This document shows, one piece after another, positions 50,885 through 64,000 of a stretch of DNA of 64,000 nt. Within the stretch, counting starts at the first letter, position 1, and every line of letters starts with the position of its first letter. The position numbers and the translations under genes are program-made. Source of the stretch: Lingula anatina (lineage: Eukaryota; Animalia; Brachiopoda); contig CM120640.1 in NCBI GenBank assembly GCA_051362555.1, positions 8,060,001-8,124,000 on the forward strand, in the 5' to 3' direction. Below the pieces are notes generated by a model. That model was given only the letters and a program-made list of their open reading frames with translations. It did not search any database and was not told where the DNA came from.

Positions 50885-53693
50885 TAACACAATTTCAGTT
50901 CATACACGATGGATAAATTATCGAACGAAAGAAGCAAAGAATAATGCTTCAGAGAAATTTAACAAAATATTGGTTGCTGAGGGGGCGCTGTTATTATTGC
51001 TATCGAAATATGATATGAAAAGTAATCGTTATATAGTCATGATCAGCAGTGAGATTTCATTCAAACTAATTCACTAGTTTTATTCTTTATGTTCTAGTTT
51101 AGATGCGTTGGAAAAAATATACCTCATATGGGGCACCGATTTATTGCGGTGATTAACTTAATTCAATTATAAAAATCGAATATTTCCGGGAGGTTATTCA
51201 ATTTTGATTCTTATCCTGTTAATCATCCTACATTATCAATTGATATGCCCAGTGCCCCCCAGCTATAGATATCCGCAGAATACGGGTGCTGTCAACAAAC
51301 CCATCAGGGATACGCCATGTGTTTTGATGAGATACAGGGAGAGAACATTTGGCTAATTTCATAATTACTCTGGCGCGAGGCAGTCGCATAACCTGTTTGG
51401 GGTCGGAGATAGAAGAATTTACAGATTGTCAAAATTGATAGCTTACCGGAGAAGAATGTCCGTTAGAATAATTCGGCTCAGCTGGGTTTCCTAGATAATA
51501 AGTTGGAAATGGATCTCTCGTTTATTAATTGACTTAGCCCAATTAATTACGGTTAATCTTATCATCATGATGGCGAATCGGCATTTGAAGGGTAACCATC
51601 ACGCTGATAGCATGGAGTGCACCGCACCTGTGCATTCTGAATCTACCCCGGTTTATCTCTCTTTCGCCCTCTCACCTTAGATTTATTTTTTTCACAATAT
51701 CAGAGGTTTCATTGATGCTACGTTATATTGAGTGTACTCGTTAGGAGCGAAAAAAAACGTGCAAAATGATAGAAAATTATATTCAAACGGATAACAGTTC
51801 AACTTCAATTATCCTACTTAAATCGTACACCATGGATTCCTGTTGTTCCCGAAGAAGTCAGTGGTAAAAAGGTCAAGCAAAAACTTACTTACAGAGCGCT
51901 TTGATACATAACAGTAGTTACAGTCAAGGGCAAGAGGTTTGAGTTGTGCGGAAGGATACCCTGGCGTGATTCGGTTCGCTCCTGGGGCTGTAGTAGATAT
52001 TAGTGCAAATTAACACTTATGTTTCAAATTATGTGTCTATAGCGATGTTGTCTCCCCCGGAAACGCAGGTTAACACGCAGCAAAATGGGGATGATTGATT
52101 ATTAAAACATTGTCAGCGCACCATGATTTTTTGAAGGGCACGGCGCAGGGCCCCCTTTTCCCTCCAAAAGAATTTCTGCGTTTCGGAAGTAGGCGACCGG
52201 CACACACAGCGATTAAACCTGTAAACAATTTCCATACGACGTGTGGAACATCCAAGTTTGCGTGTACATAGAAGCTTTGCTACTTTGGAACAGTTGCGCT
52301 GCGTGTATTTCTAGAAATATACAGCTTACTTTACTCCTCTCTTTTTTCATCAGTAAATTTGTAGCATTTTTGTCGTCCCAATTGGTGTATTCTCAAAGCA
52401 AATGCTTGACTGATTTGATGAATGGACCGAGAGATCGATTTCAAACGTCTTTTACTAGCAAATAAATATTTCAAATGGATACAAAAAACGGTTGGCACTT
52501 GCCAGCTCGGTTTTCTGCTGGTCTTTGTATAGTGTTCACCCTTTGAGATGTATGATATCAACGCTCCTGTTCTTTTCAGATAAAGTTCTTTTTTTCCTGA
52601 ATGATTATGATCATACCACGTCAAAATGGTGAAGAGTTTTCACATGCTGGGGCCTTCTTCGTAGCATCATATTTCTCTTTCATCTTTTGAATCTTCACTT
52701 TTATCTGGAGTCAGCACCTTGTTCGTTTTTCCGTAATTTTGTGTTCAGTGTCGCGATTAACTTTAATTTGAAGCAATTGCGTGATAATCGTTGAGTTTAA
52801 TCAAAATCTGACAACTTACATTATCCATCAAGTCTACCTCACGTTGACGTCTATATCACGGTTGAATAGAATTGAGATAATACAAATAGTATTCTGTGTT
52901 TTGTCCTGTTTGAAACTAATACTACTTTAGAATTCCTCTTTTTTCTGTTGAACTTGTTTCATTTTTTGTTCAGTCAAATCAGCAGGTGCAAACGCTTTGT
53001 CAGTCTATTGCAAGAATAGATACAGGGAAACCAAATGAAGGGCTATGTATATTCCTAAGGCACACGTTCTTTTTTTTTTTTTACTTCACATTTTTTTTTC
53101 AATTTGAATAAAAACAGGATTAACTCTAAAATGTGAGTTCAAACAAAGGTAACGCAGTTTTAACCCTGAGAAAATAACCTGGAACTGAAAACAAAATAAA
53201 ATAAACACATACATTTATTTTTCGTTTTATTACGGTATGCAATGTCAAATTGTTATTTATTGAATGTAGAAATGCAGAGGCTTGATTGAATACCTCTTTT
53301 TCGTATGAAAGTAATAGTCTTGAAATTCAGATACCCGCTTAAATATAATATGTAATGACAACCTAACAAAATTTCGTTATTTAAACAGAGTTGTTTGTTG
53401 AAATCCTTTATTTGCATGTCTTAAACACAGGTGTTTTCAACATTAATGTTAATACAACTTCGGCTCCAAGATGTTATACTCAATAATTGTCCACTGAATA
53501 TTTCAGGCATCTATTTCTAACGTAAAGCATAAAGTAGGAGTGCCATGCGCATTCCTCTCCTGAATTAGAAAAAAAATAATTACCAATTAAATTTTTGATT
53601 GACTGTGATCGAGACTTAATCATGCCGCAATGACATTTATTTGGCAGCTCTGCGCTGTTTTTATATCGAAAATAAATTTAACATTTGTGTCTA

Positions 53694-53695
<2 letters not shown>

Positions 53696-53741
<46 letters not shown>
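53696..53741. repeat. (CT)n microsatellite
   Basis: Directly visible; source of ERERER in the 177-aa ORF. Confidence 0.95.
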
Positions 53742-53743
<2 letters not shown>

Positions 53744-56700
53744 AGACCAGCACTATAATATTTTAAGGGGTTGATCTTTAATCTTGGTTTTCTTATTAAT
53801 TTGAACTGTGTTCTTCCAGTGAATGCCCTTGACTGAACTTTTCTCCAGGGGTCGTCACTTGAGCGAAAAGACGACATGCCCTTTCGTGAATTCCCGGTGT
53901 TTGATATGCTTGCGCCCTGCGGGAAACCCGAATAAAACTTCTTTGAACTATTAGCGGAAGCATAACATTTACTTGTTGTAACTCTAAAATTAATAACGTA
54001 TACAAGGTTGCGATTTTTAGAGACGTTATTTATGGGGCTGAGGTGAATTAAGACTAATGGTAGCCTTGTTAATGTGTGTTTTCTCCCAATTAGCGCATGG
54101 TTGTGAAACGTGGAAAAATTCCAGTGTGCTGAGAAGTTGAGAGATGACTTCATTTGCTGCCGGCGGAGTGCTGCGTGAATTATGGACCTTCATTAAGTTT
54201 GGATCAAATCCTGCTTAAGAACAGCGTGGGGACATGTGCGATTGATTAAATCAAGTGCCTTAAATTGGGAAGTAGACGATTTACGTCCGCAGTTATACAT
54301 CAAGTCGGACGTTTCCCTCTTCAACCACAGATGCACTTCGTTGCAGGAACTAATAATGGTCTTACTTTGGTAATAGGAACTAATTTTTATTTAATCATGG
54401 GTTAATTGCCAAAACGGGAGGATCTGTTTCCCAAGTGCCCCTGACTGGGACAGTGTCAGCAAAGTTCGAGGAAGACCATGCCTGTATTTGCCCCGTTGAT
54501 GAAAACCTTTACTCAGCCTTGGCCAGACCAGGCTGGATATTTCCCATGCTTATCTGTTTCCAAATCAGTCCAACTTACAATCATCCTTTTCATACCTCTG
54601 GCTCTCTTTCACTGTGAGTGAATTCCTAATTCTACTTTTCTATAGATATCGTATCTAACAATTTCCCTAAGTTAATTGCTGTATTTGTTGCGGTAGCTTT
54701 GATGTAGGAAGGTAGAATATGGGGACGCTTTCATATCACCCGTCTTCTTGTCTTCAAAGAAGTCTCAATTACCACCACCCCATTGTTAAAGTTACGTACT
54801 TTTAGGAGGCGGCGCGCATGACAATTTATTGGCAATTTGTCTGAATGAATAAACCTTCAGCTGTATTTGATAATAGTTCTCCCGTTTCTAATCACCTTTA
54901 CTCATTACACTGTTACGACACTGTCCCAGAAGTGTTCCGCGGTGTGTTATTTATTTGATATTTGTTTCTGAATTGTTGTCAACGTGTTGTTGAAACAGAA
55001 ACTGTTTTTGTGTAAACAAAGAGAACGTTCATGAAATCTTTTAAACCTAAAAATTATAAAGTATATTTTTCCTTTTTTAATTGTCTTTTCTTCTTAATAA
55101 CCCTATGAACTCATTTTGTAGAGATCCGCCAAAACACATCAGTAAGGAAGATCATGTTTAGTATATTCTATTTATTTTAATCATTAAAATGTAAATTGAA
55201 CGTGTTTCTTTCAAGAAAATGGTTTTATTTTATTAACATTCCTTTTTCTGATGGGACTTATATTGTGATTCATGTTCACAATATTGATAAAAGATAGCAC
55301 AATGTCCTTTAGAATTGTGTTTCTGAAACTCTCTTGGCGGATTCTAAAGATAATGCTAAATTGAATAAAAGGGAAAAAAATTATAGCGTTAAAAAGTACA
55401 TTTGTCATACAAAGTGACAGACAAATGAATCTTTGGCCATTGATGCAATACTTCTGCAAGCGAATGTCTTTTCATCATTGCCTCTAATATTACACAAAAA
55501 ACATTCTATGAATTTATTATTTTTTTCTTCGCGCTTTTAAAAAAAATTGGCTGATGAAACCGCGTAGTCGCTCGGTGCACTTTCCGCCTCTCTGCACCTT
55601 GCAGCATCATCTACACAGAAATGGAGTTCCTTGTGGCGTTGTACTGACAGCTCCAAGGGTGCTGGTGTCAGGAAGGCGCTCCCCACGGGGGCACGGTCTG
55701 CGCCTCAATAAACTTGGCCTAAGCGCGCCTTTCACCTGGCAATCAAGCGGTCCGTGAAGCGTGCGGATTACCCCTATCGGCTAGATTGGCCACATAACTT
55801 GCAATGAGATAGCAGTCACTGATCTGTTTGTATTTCGCTTCTCTGGCCGATGAGGTTAGTGATGATCTATACTCTTGATGAAGAGATCCTACTTCTCTTT
55901 CACGGCATAGCATAAATAGCAACATTTAGGGGAAGATTGCCGGCGCATTTGCCGCCCGATTTTCGTTATGCATCGTTCAACCCTTTGAAATCTGAAGCTG
56001 GAAACTTTTAGACACTCTACTGCAGGCTGGCAAAGACGGCGCGATAGCTCGGTGTGTGTGACTGGACTAGGAAGGGGCTGTCTGCTTCAACAGGCACACT
56101 CATTAATTAAAGCGCTGAAACGTTCGCCCTGCTAATTTGTTTATGCAGCAATTACACAGTTATTTGAGGCTGCACACTTATCAATCAATTAAGATTGATA
56201 TAAAACGAGTGGGAGACCAGTGGGGATGGGATTGTAAACAATTTGGGAAATGGCTCTGGCGTCTGAGAGCACAAGATTCCGTCCATTCCTACATTTCAAA
56301 GTCTCTGGAAAAAAGACATAAGCAAATTGACTTGGAAAATTATTGTCAAGTTGAATCAAATCCCACTTCCAATCACAGCCCTGAGCACCATCACCCCACT
56401 GCTCCTTGAACTTTGAAATCACTGCAAAACGATTCAAAAGTATCCACTAATGGAGATCTTATATTAATTCTCTGATTCCCCAACAAGCGTCTGCTCAAAT
56501 TAACCTAACCCTACGCGGAACAAAAACCAGCACTTAGATCTCAGCGATTAGACTTGAAGATTTCCGACCACGCTCGGTTTCTGTGCATTTTTTCCTTTAC
56601 AGCATGATGGGCGAGACCCTACTGCAAACGGTGTAGATCTCTCTGAATTAACACTTACATCTGTTCAACTGGCAAAACCTGAGTTTTTTCCCGATCCACA

Positions 56701-59700
56701 GCAATTTTACAGCAATTTGGCTTTCATAATTAAATCAATGCACAGAGCACAAAGGTCCCGCACAGTTTCCCGGCTCCTTGAAAAAATGCCTTCCTTTAAT
56801 TTGTAGTGCATTAACATTTTTTATTTCCTTTTGACGTCGTTTTTCTGAATTTTGGTTGGCTACGAAAACTTTCAACTCAGTGTGATACAATTTTCAGAAA
56901 AACATTTCCCCATATATATATACGTTATTGATAGATAATTGTAAAGGAAATATATGTGGGTTCTACTTCAGGCAAATTAATAATCCGAAAATATACATTT
57001 TCCAGATTTCATTATTCTATTTGTTTAACTTATAAGCATATTCTCTGCGAATAATTAAGTCAATATAACTCCAGAAAAATCCCATATTTTTATAAATATG
57101 TTATAGACAATTAATTAATAACGAATATATGATGTTGTTGTTTAAGGAGTTCTTATTTGCTAGAGCCTGCATCCTGCTAATGAAATTAATCGTAGTGCCA
57201 CCCGGTACTGTTTGCCCTAAAAATGAAATTGAAATATTTAGTAGCGATGTTATGCTTTGCTTCCCACATGCACTACTCATATTTTCAACACCAGATTGGA
57301 CCGACTCAATTTAACCATGCGATCTAGTAATTGTCACAAATTAAGCTATTCACTGCTGACAATGTTTGAAATATATTATGAATTACTACAAGCTTAGATT
57401 TGATTCAACTCACAAAAAATTAACCAAAATGTTTCTTTTTCGTGGTGCACGTGAAGTGAAATAATTATGTTTCCTGGAACATTTAAATATGGATGGAGAA
57501 ATATTCTATTTTTTTCTTACCTGTAAGTTGAACTGAAGATCCCCACATCTCACTTTTCATATATTGTGGTGTTGTCTGGGAATCTTTTCAATAATTCTGC
57601 ACGACTCCTTTCAATGTCTGTTTCTAATTTCTTTCTTTCTTTTCTTTTTAATTTTGAAATATTATTTATTCATCTTTGCTTATCATGTCAACTTACCTAA
57701 TACTTAATGGTGTTCTCCAGGAAAACCGTAACCAAAGTCAATAGGTGGGAAAAAATTAAAAATTACAAACCCTCTAAATGTCGATAAATTATGATCCTAG
57801 ATTCAAGATTAACTATACCTTTCGCATAAAGATGTCAAACCAACCATTATCTCTGAACGCCTTTTTTCAAATTTTTATTATCAGCGCAGTGTGCCATTAA
57901 TTTGAATTCATAAATAAAAAAATACTAAATGCCGTATCGCGTGATTGAGTCGGATTCTGACAAACACAAGATGTCGCAAAACAATTGCAAGGTGCTAGAA
58001 CAAAGGCTGAACATGACACCTGCCTCAGATTGTACCACACTCAAATTTCGGCGATTTTTACCTATTTGTATCGCCAAGTTGGAGTAAAATGGTCAAAATT
58101 GTACACGTTTTTCACTTTTACTCTCAGAAGACTTCGGTCTTTACGCTTCCTTATGTCTGCACAAAGGAACAGTTATAGCAATGTTTAAAATCAATTTCTG
58201 TGATATTTTGCTTGTAGTGCGGTTAATGATCCGTTGACGTAATGCTGGAAGTACAAGTGATAGGGGTTCGCGGCCGAAGTGACATTTTTCTGGCAATGGG
58301 AAAGTCGTGTATTTTGCACGTGTGTCTAGTTCATATTTAGAGGAAGCCTAATGGAATATTTACCTACGTTTTCAAAATTTAATGAAGCATATCGCCGTAC
58401 CATTCTGCCAAAGGAAGTATGTTGGTTGTGTTTTAACTACATGTATTGAAGAAGTCGTGCGTATGGAATTATTTAACAAACGGCTCGTCATCTGAAAGAT
58501 TATAAAAATGACGTTATGGGAACATGGCAACCACAATATGACAGTTATAGTGCAAGCCTAAAATTGCTCAAATTATTCCTAAATTTACTGTTTTTTTAAG
58601 ATGTGCATACCATATCAATAAGAAAAGGAATTGTGTGAGTGGGACTCAATTATAAAGTATATATCTCGTAAAAAAAATTTGAAAGACATTTTAGAGTATG
58701 AACATCGGCTTGTAAAACCTGAATTCTTGAACCAGTCTGGAAATTAAACAATGTATATGTAATATCTAAATCAGGCCCTGCAAATAAACTTTTCTCTCTC
58801 AAATTTTGTGTCGCAGGAAACGTCTTAAAAACTTCAGTTTATAAAGATAAACTTAACGGTGAAATAAGCTGCACCAGCTGTGGTTCTGACCGAGAAACAA
58901 AATAGGGCTACACAGAAATAGACACAGCGCACCATACTGCATAATGTGCAAAAGGTTGGGCACAGATGTCGCTGGTATTAGGAAATTGGCACCGTCACTT
59001 GAAAAGGTATGCGTCAAAACATTCAGAGGGAGGGTTGAGATTGAGTGGTGTAAAGGGGCAGTAGTTGACACTAATTTAAGCTAATTAAACAGTCGAGGGG
59101 CACGAAGTCAAAATCTGCCAAATTTGATTGTCCCTAGATGTTTGACGATAGTACACTTTATGCACGTTCCTCCCATTCACTTTCCTCTCTAATCCGTACA
59201 TAACGTGTCCAATCATAATTGGAACTTCATAAACATGTTGTATTATAGGTTGTAAAAGACATTTCAGCATATTTAATAATCCATCTTATCTAAATCATCC
59301 CCACCCCAGTTATATAGGAGTGAGTCCGTGGCGTCGGCGCAGGTTGGGTCTGCATCATTACCTACATTGTCTTTGCATTGCCAAGCATTGACAAATGATT
59401 CACGTATCCATTATCCATCACTTGAGCATTCTTAGTGCGTTCAGATGGCGTGGCCTTGCCATTTCAGGTCACGAGAGACAAATTGGTTTCACGTTAGTCT
59501 TATTTAAACAGAGAAGGGTAACAATGAAGAGGACACACAGAGCACGCTGGAAACATGATTTATTATAGCATGCTTTTTGATGCCAACGCGATAAAATCGG
59601 CTACGCGAAAAAGTGATGCTTTTTCATAGATTTTTACATTACATTTTCAAGTGAAGTTATTTACAAAAACATTAATCTTTAAGTAGGAAAAAACGCCGAT

Positions 59701-62700
59701 ATAATTATTATTACTATTATCATTATTACTGTTGTTACTATCATTATTATTCGCAATGTAACGAGTGGAGAAATCTGAAATAGTTTGTACGTTGTTAACG
59801 TTGATCTTTTATTCATTTTCACTTTGTCAGTGGAATCATTTCATAGGTCAAACTGTCGGGAGCTCACACATGTCCACATGTAGCTTCAATCCTCCTATTT
59901 CGGTTATATCAAAGGAGTGCCGCCGAGGTGCAGGCATAAACAGACACATTCCTTCTCATTTTCCAGCATCCAAGTTTGCTTTAATAATGAATTAGGAGCC
60001 TATCCAGCACTTACGCCAAGTCGTTCAATGTTAAATGGGTACTTTAGAGCGTCTACCACGCGCTGGCCTAACCAAACAAACATCTAAAACCTGTACTGTT
60101 TGTTATTTGTATCAATCTAACTATTTTTCTAACTCTGATTAATTCTTCTTATCAACGTCCGTGACACTGTGTCGCGAGGAGCTGTTATTTCATTTATTTC
60201 ATCCACCTTGCCACTCTCTTTCACTGCCTGTGCTCTCTCAACTTCCTCACATCACGCACCAATCCAGCACATGACCAATTCTGAAATGATTTGCATTTCG
60301 TGTTGCTAGTAAAAAACGGATAGAGTAACAATGAAGACGGATCACCTTTTGAAGGATTAAGTGCGAATAGGACCTCATGTTAAAAGAATGATAAATTAAT
60401 CGGTAATGAATTAATTCGCTGGATAATGGGCTTCAGGTGTGAAAGTTAAGAAATAAAGTGGTACAAAGAGATCTGGCGCAGAATTGTTGGAGAAATAATG
60501 AATTGTTCACCTACATATCTGTCAAACAAGGATTTCCAGTTTCGCGGAATAATCGAGCTTTGTGTATTATATTCTTTTGATATAACACTCAAAGTGCTTT
60601 TATTGGTAAATTACAGCAAGATAAAATAAATTGCCCTATTCCAGAACAAAAGTTTTTTATTGTTTTTTCTACTTTCTATTTGAAAGATGTAATTACCGTA
60701 TAAAGTCGCCTCTGTTTGAACGGCCGTCTCTCAGGTGATACCAGGTATCTGTCGGTTTCACTGATAAGTTAGGTGTGTGTAAAAAATGGTCAAAGTGACC
60801 GAAATCTGCTCTCAATATCTCAATTTCATTCAAGTAATAGATCGAAAAAAAAGATGTATCTGAAGTGTCGCCAGCGTAATTACAATTGGACCACATATTC
60901 GAATATTTCATAAAGCTTGCTTTATATTAGTATGGTTTTAATGGCCTGATAGAGTTATAATTTGTTTGTTATGGAATGGGCGCATCGCGTGCCTGGCAGA
61001 ACAGTGCTGCGCTATGATTTCTGTACGGATTGGGGAAATTGAAGAAAAGCGAGCGACGTTTGAGGTGATAAAATATGATTAAATTGCGAGCGTGGAAGAC
61101 AACGAAGATGGGATACGATTTTCTTCAATCAATGGACATATTAGAATGGGCAGCCGTTTCCTTTCCCTCAAGTTCGACTCCCCTATTTGCAGGTAGAATA
61201 ATGGCAGATCATTGCCCGCGTGCATGTCGAAGATTATAGCTATTACTCTAAGGAAGCTTGCCTTATCTCTAGCAAGACCAGTGACTCCTGAATTGCTGTC
61301 AACAAATGTCCCCCAGACATGTGAACCAAGTAATTTCTACTTTACTCACAGCAATCCATCATTAGGCACTAAAATCGAACGTGAACGCAACAGTACTCAG
61401 AATAGTTATATCGAAATGACTGTGAGAATCAGTTGATAGTGCCCCCATACTAGCGCTAGTTTGACATGATGCTGAACTTTCCGCCACGTACATAATTAAA
61501 AAGGTGTTTGTTTTGTGGGTAGAAATGTTGTTAGTCATTGATGAGGGTAGATAGTGAGAAGATAATCGAATAGCGTTGATTGTTATTAGACGCTTGGACT
61601 CCTCTTACACACAAAAGGGACAGCTGCCGCGACTGATCAAACTTTGTTCTTTGTTTTCCATTTCATTTCTGAATTATTTAACTAGAAATAATGTACAATT
61701 ACATTAAATAAATGGGAAAATCAAAGTTTATCAATAAATTATTATGTACATTATATTTTCCTACGGGTGTTTAAATATCGGATATTTAATTATTCAATTT
61801 AAGACAATTACAGTAAATCCAATCGGATACATTTTATGTTATTGATACTAGAACTTACCCTTATCTGCTTGGAGACGACATTTTTGTCATGACAACAAAG
61901 GTTACGCGCAATTTTTCAATCGTTTAAATAGATGTCTCGTCTGTCCAGTTATGTTTTGTCTGTCCTATCATGTGAAAACAATGCCAATCTCTTAAACAAA
62001 AACACAGATAAATACTTAAACCTGCGCTTTTATCGAGGACACACTTCAAAATAGATAATTCAGTAGTAGAAATGGTTAAAGCTCCTTGGCGCCTAAAAAG
62101 CGGAAGTACAGGCCAAAAATTCATTAAAAGGCTGGGATGGAGTAATTCTACTGTTAAATTGTACTGGTCACGGAGGGAGCTTTGCATATCGTCGTCATTT
62201 ATCCAAAGCCATGGGCCTTTGAATGAATTATCCGATTTGTCTTAAGCAGTCAAATTCATGACAGAAAACGATATTTCGCTCCGGCTCAATGCATTCGTTT
62301 GTTCCCGTGGGTTGGCTCCCACGTTCCTTAAAACCGTTAATTCGCAGGATTACATATATAATGACTATTTATACGACTATTGAAAAAGTGAATGGGGGAT
62401 TAAATGCTGATTTCCATCGATGAAACATTTCTAATGAGTTTTTGTAAAGAACTGACAGGGTTGAAAACTATGTACAGTTTTGTAACTTCGGTTATATATT
62501 TTTGATCTGACAGTGAGATTTATATACTTAAAATAGAATTATTTGTATGTATCTATCTTTATCGTTATGAGCAGACATTCTGTAGATAAATAAATGCATG
62601 AAAATGACTTCATTAGTCAACCAGGATGAAAGGGCAAATAAAAACCATCATCAATGGCCTTAGTGTCGCAATGTAAAGTTGATTGTGTTCTCTGTACCAA

Positions 62701-64000
62701 CTTCAAGACAAACAAATCAAAACTACAAATGCCACTTTAAAAAGAAATTTTAAAAAGCGAATTTCTCACTTTGAATACTATTTACTGTTGGGGTTCGACA
62801 CCGTTCCTAAGCAACAGGACGTCCTTTTTGCCACATCAAGTAGAGAACAAAGCAGAGGGTCACTGCCAAATGCTGGAACTGAAACGATATAATTGCTGTT
62901 TCAACATGGGCGTTAATTAACCGTGTCAAGTAAAAAATAACTCATTTTTTATAAGTTAACTTTCGGAGGAAATTCAACAAGATCAAGTGAACCAAATTGG
63001 TCTCACCTTTTCAACGCTCACTTTCACAGCAAGAACAAGGTAGTTGTTAGTGAAGCCTTACTGCCAAATTTCAAAGATTACTCTATCAATTAGCGTAACT
63101 CACAATCGAGCAGGTTCTCGTTGAAGGGTCAAGTCCCAAGCAAATAAGCAGCGGTACTTGTGTTTTCATCTTCCCTAATTAGACAACATTCACACTTCAC
63201 ATGGAAAAAAAGCGGCCTCATTAAAACTCGCCGCAGCCGTGGAGATTGAACCCCTAGCCCGACACCTTAATCAATCATCGTGTGTTTAAAGAAAATTATC
63301 AGATAAAATTATGATTCTGTGTGTAATTGTAAACATTCGCGGTCCTACCATGCTGTGCTGTCGAGAGGTCGCAACAGCTAGGATCAAATTTGCTCAAAAA
63401 ACTTAGTCTCAAACTGTGCAGAGTTCCTACTAAATAAATTCCTGGGTTCAGACTTTGGGTAGAGCGCAAGGTATCGAGTAATTAGAGTCATATCCAACTA
63501 GGTTGACTTTTAACACAGGAATTCTTAGCCTGAAAATTAGCCTGTCGCCTTCCAGAGCGAGAGCAATCTATGCCAGCATATGAGCCCTTTCCTATGATTG
63601 AGAGCGCAAATGGCGAACTAACTTCCTTGCAACCTCCTGACATTTATACCTGATCCAGGAGCTCTCCGTGCCGCTGCTGAGGAAAGCAAGAAATTACTTT
63701 CAATAACTTTAAACTCAGGGGAATTTAAAGATTTCACTTATTTCTCTTTCTATTGGAAACCCTGAAATTGAAAAAAGATATTTTAATTCTTTGAGTGCAA
63801 TATAGTTTTCCCCGTTTTTACTTACTTTGAACTTGGGAAATTGTAAATTTCTTTTTAAGTGAAAATCTAAACAGTCAAAATGTATTTCGTCAAATATTCA
63901 ATTCGCGGAAAACAGAATATTAGATTCGGAGTTACATAAATATAAATAAGAAAATCTAAAACGGGAAAATGGCAAGAAAAAATAGAGACGCATTCAGTTA

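Noticed and set aside
53620-54153. Longest ORF in the track (177 aa)
   Set aside because: Runs through a (GA)n microsatellite; no recognisable domain or supporting splice structure.
63225-63270. tRNA/SINE B-box-like GGTTCAATC on the minus strand
   Set aside because: No A box or cloverleaf.

Overview
AT-rich, intron-containing animal (invertebrate-like) genomic DNA. The ORF track misses the real genes because they are spliced. Manual GT-AG reconstruction gives three parts. (1) About 0.8-6.4 kb, minus strand: a secreted MAM-domain gene whose second, duplicated MAM module has been broken by insertions. (2) About 13.6-49.6 kb: a cluster of seven related secreted-protein loci. Genes B (293 aa) and C (201 aa) lie on +; a tandem array of about 5-kb units lies on -, with D1-D3 intact (292-293 aa), D4 frameshifted and D5 a relic. 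Every complete member has five coding exons, a tiny ATG-bearing first exon, intron phases 1-0-0-0, a signal peptide and amphipathic helical segments. Several have NF-kB, CRE or C/EBP promoter motifs and AU-rich 3' UTRs. This is the gene architecture of long-chain four-helix cytokines (IL-6/IL-11/G-CSF family), so the cluster is a candidate invertebrate helical-cytokine family undergoing birth and death. The family assignment is inference and needs structure prediction. (3) About 50-64 kb: no convincing coding exons. DNA-transposon derivatives and apparent excision footprints (TACATGTA, TAGGCCTA) are scattered throughout.
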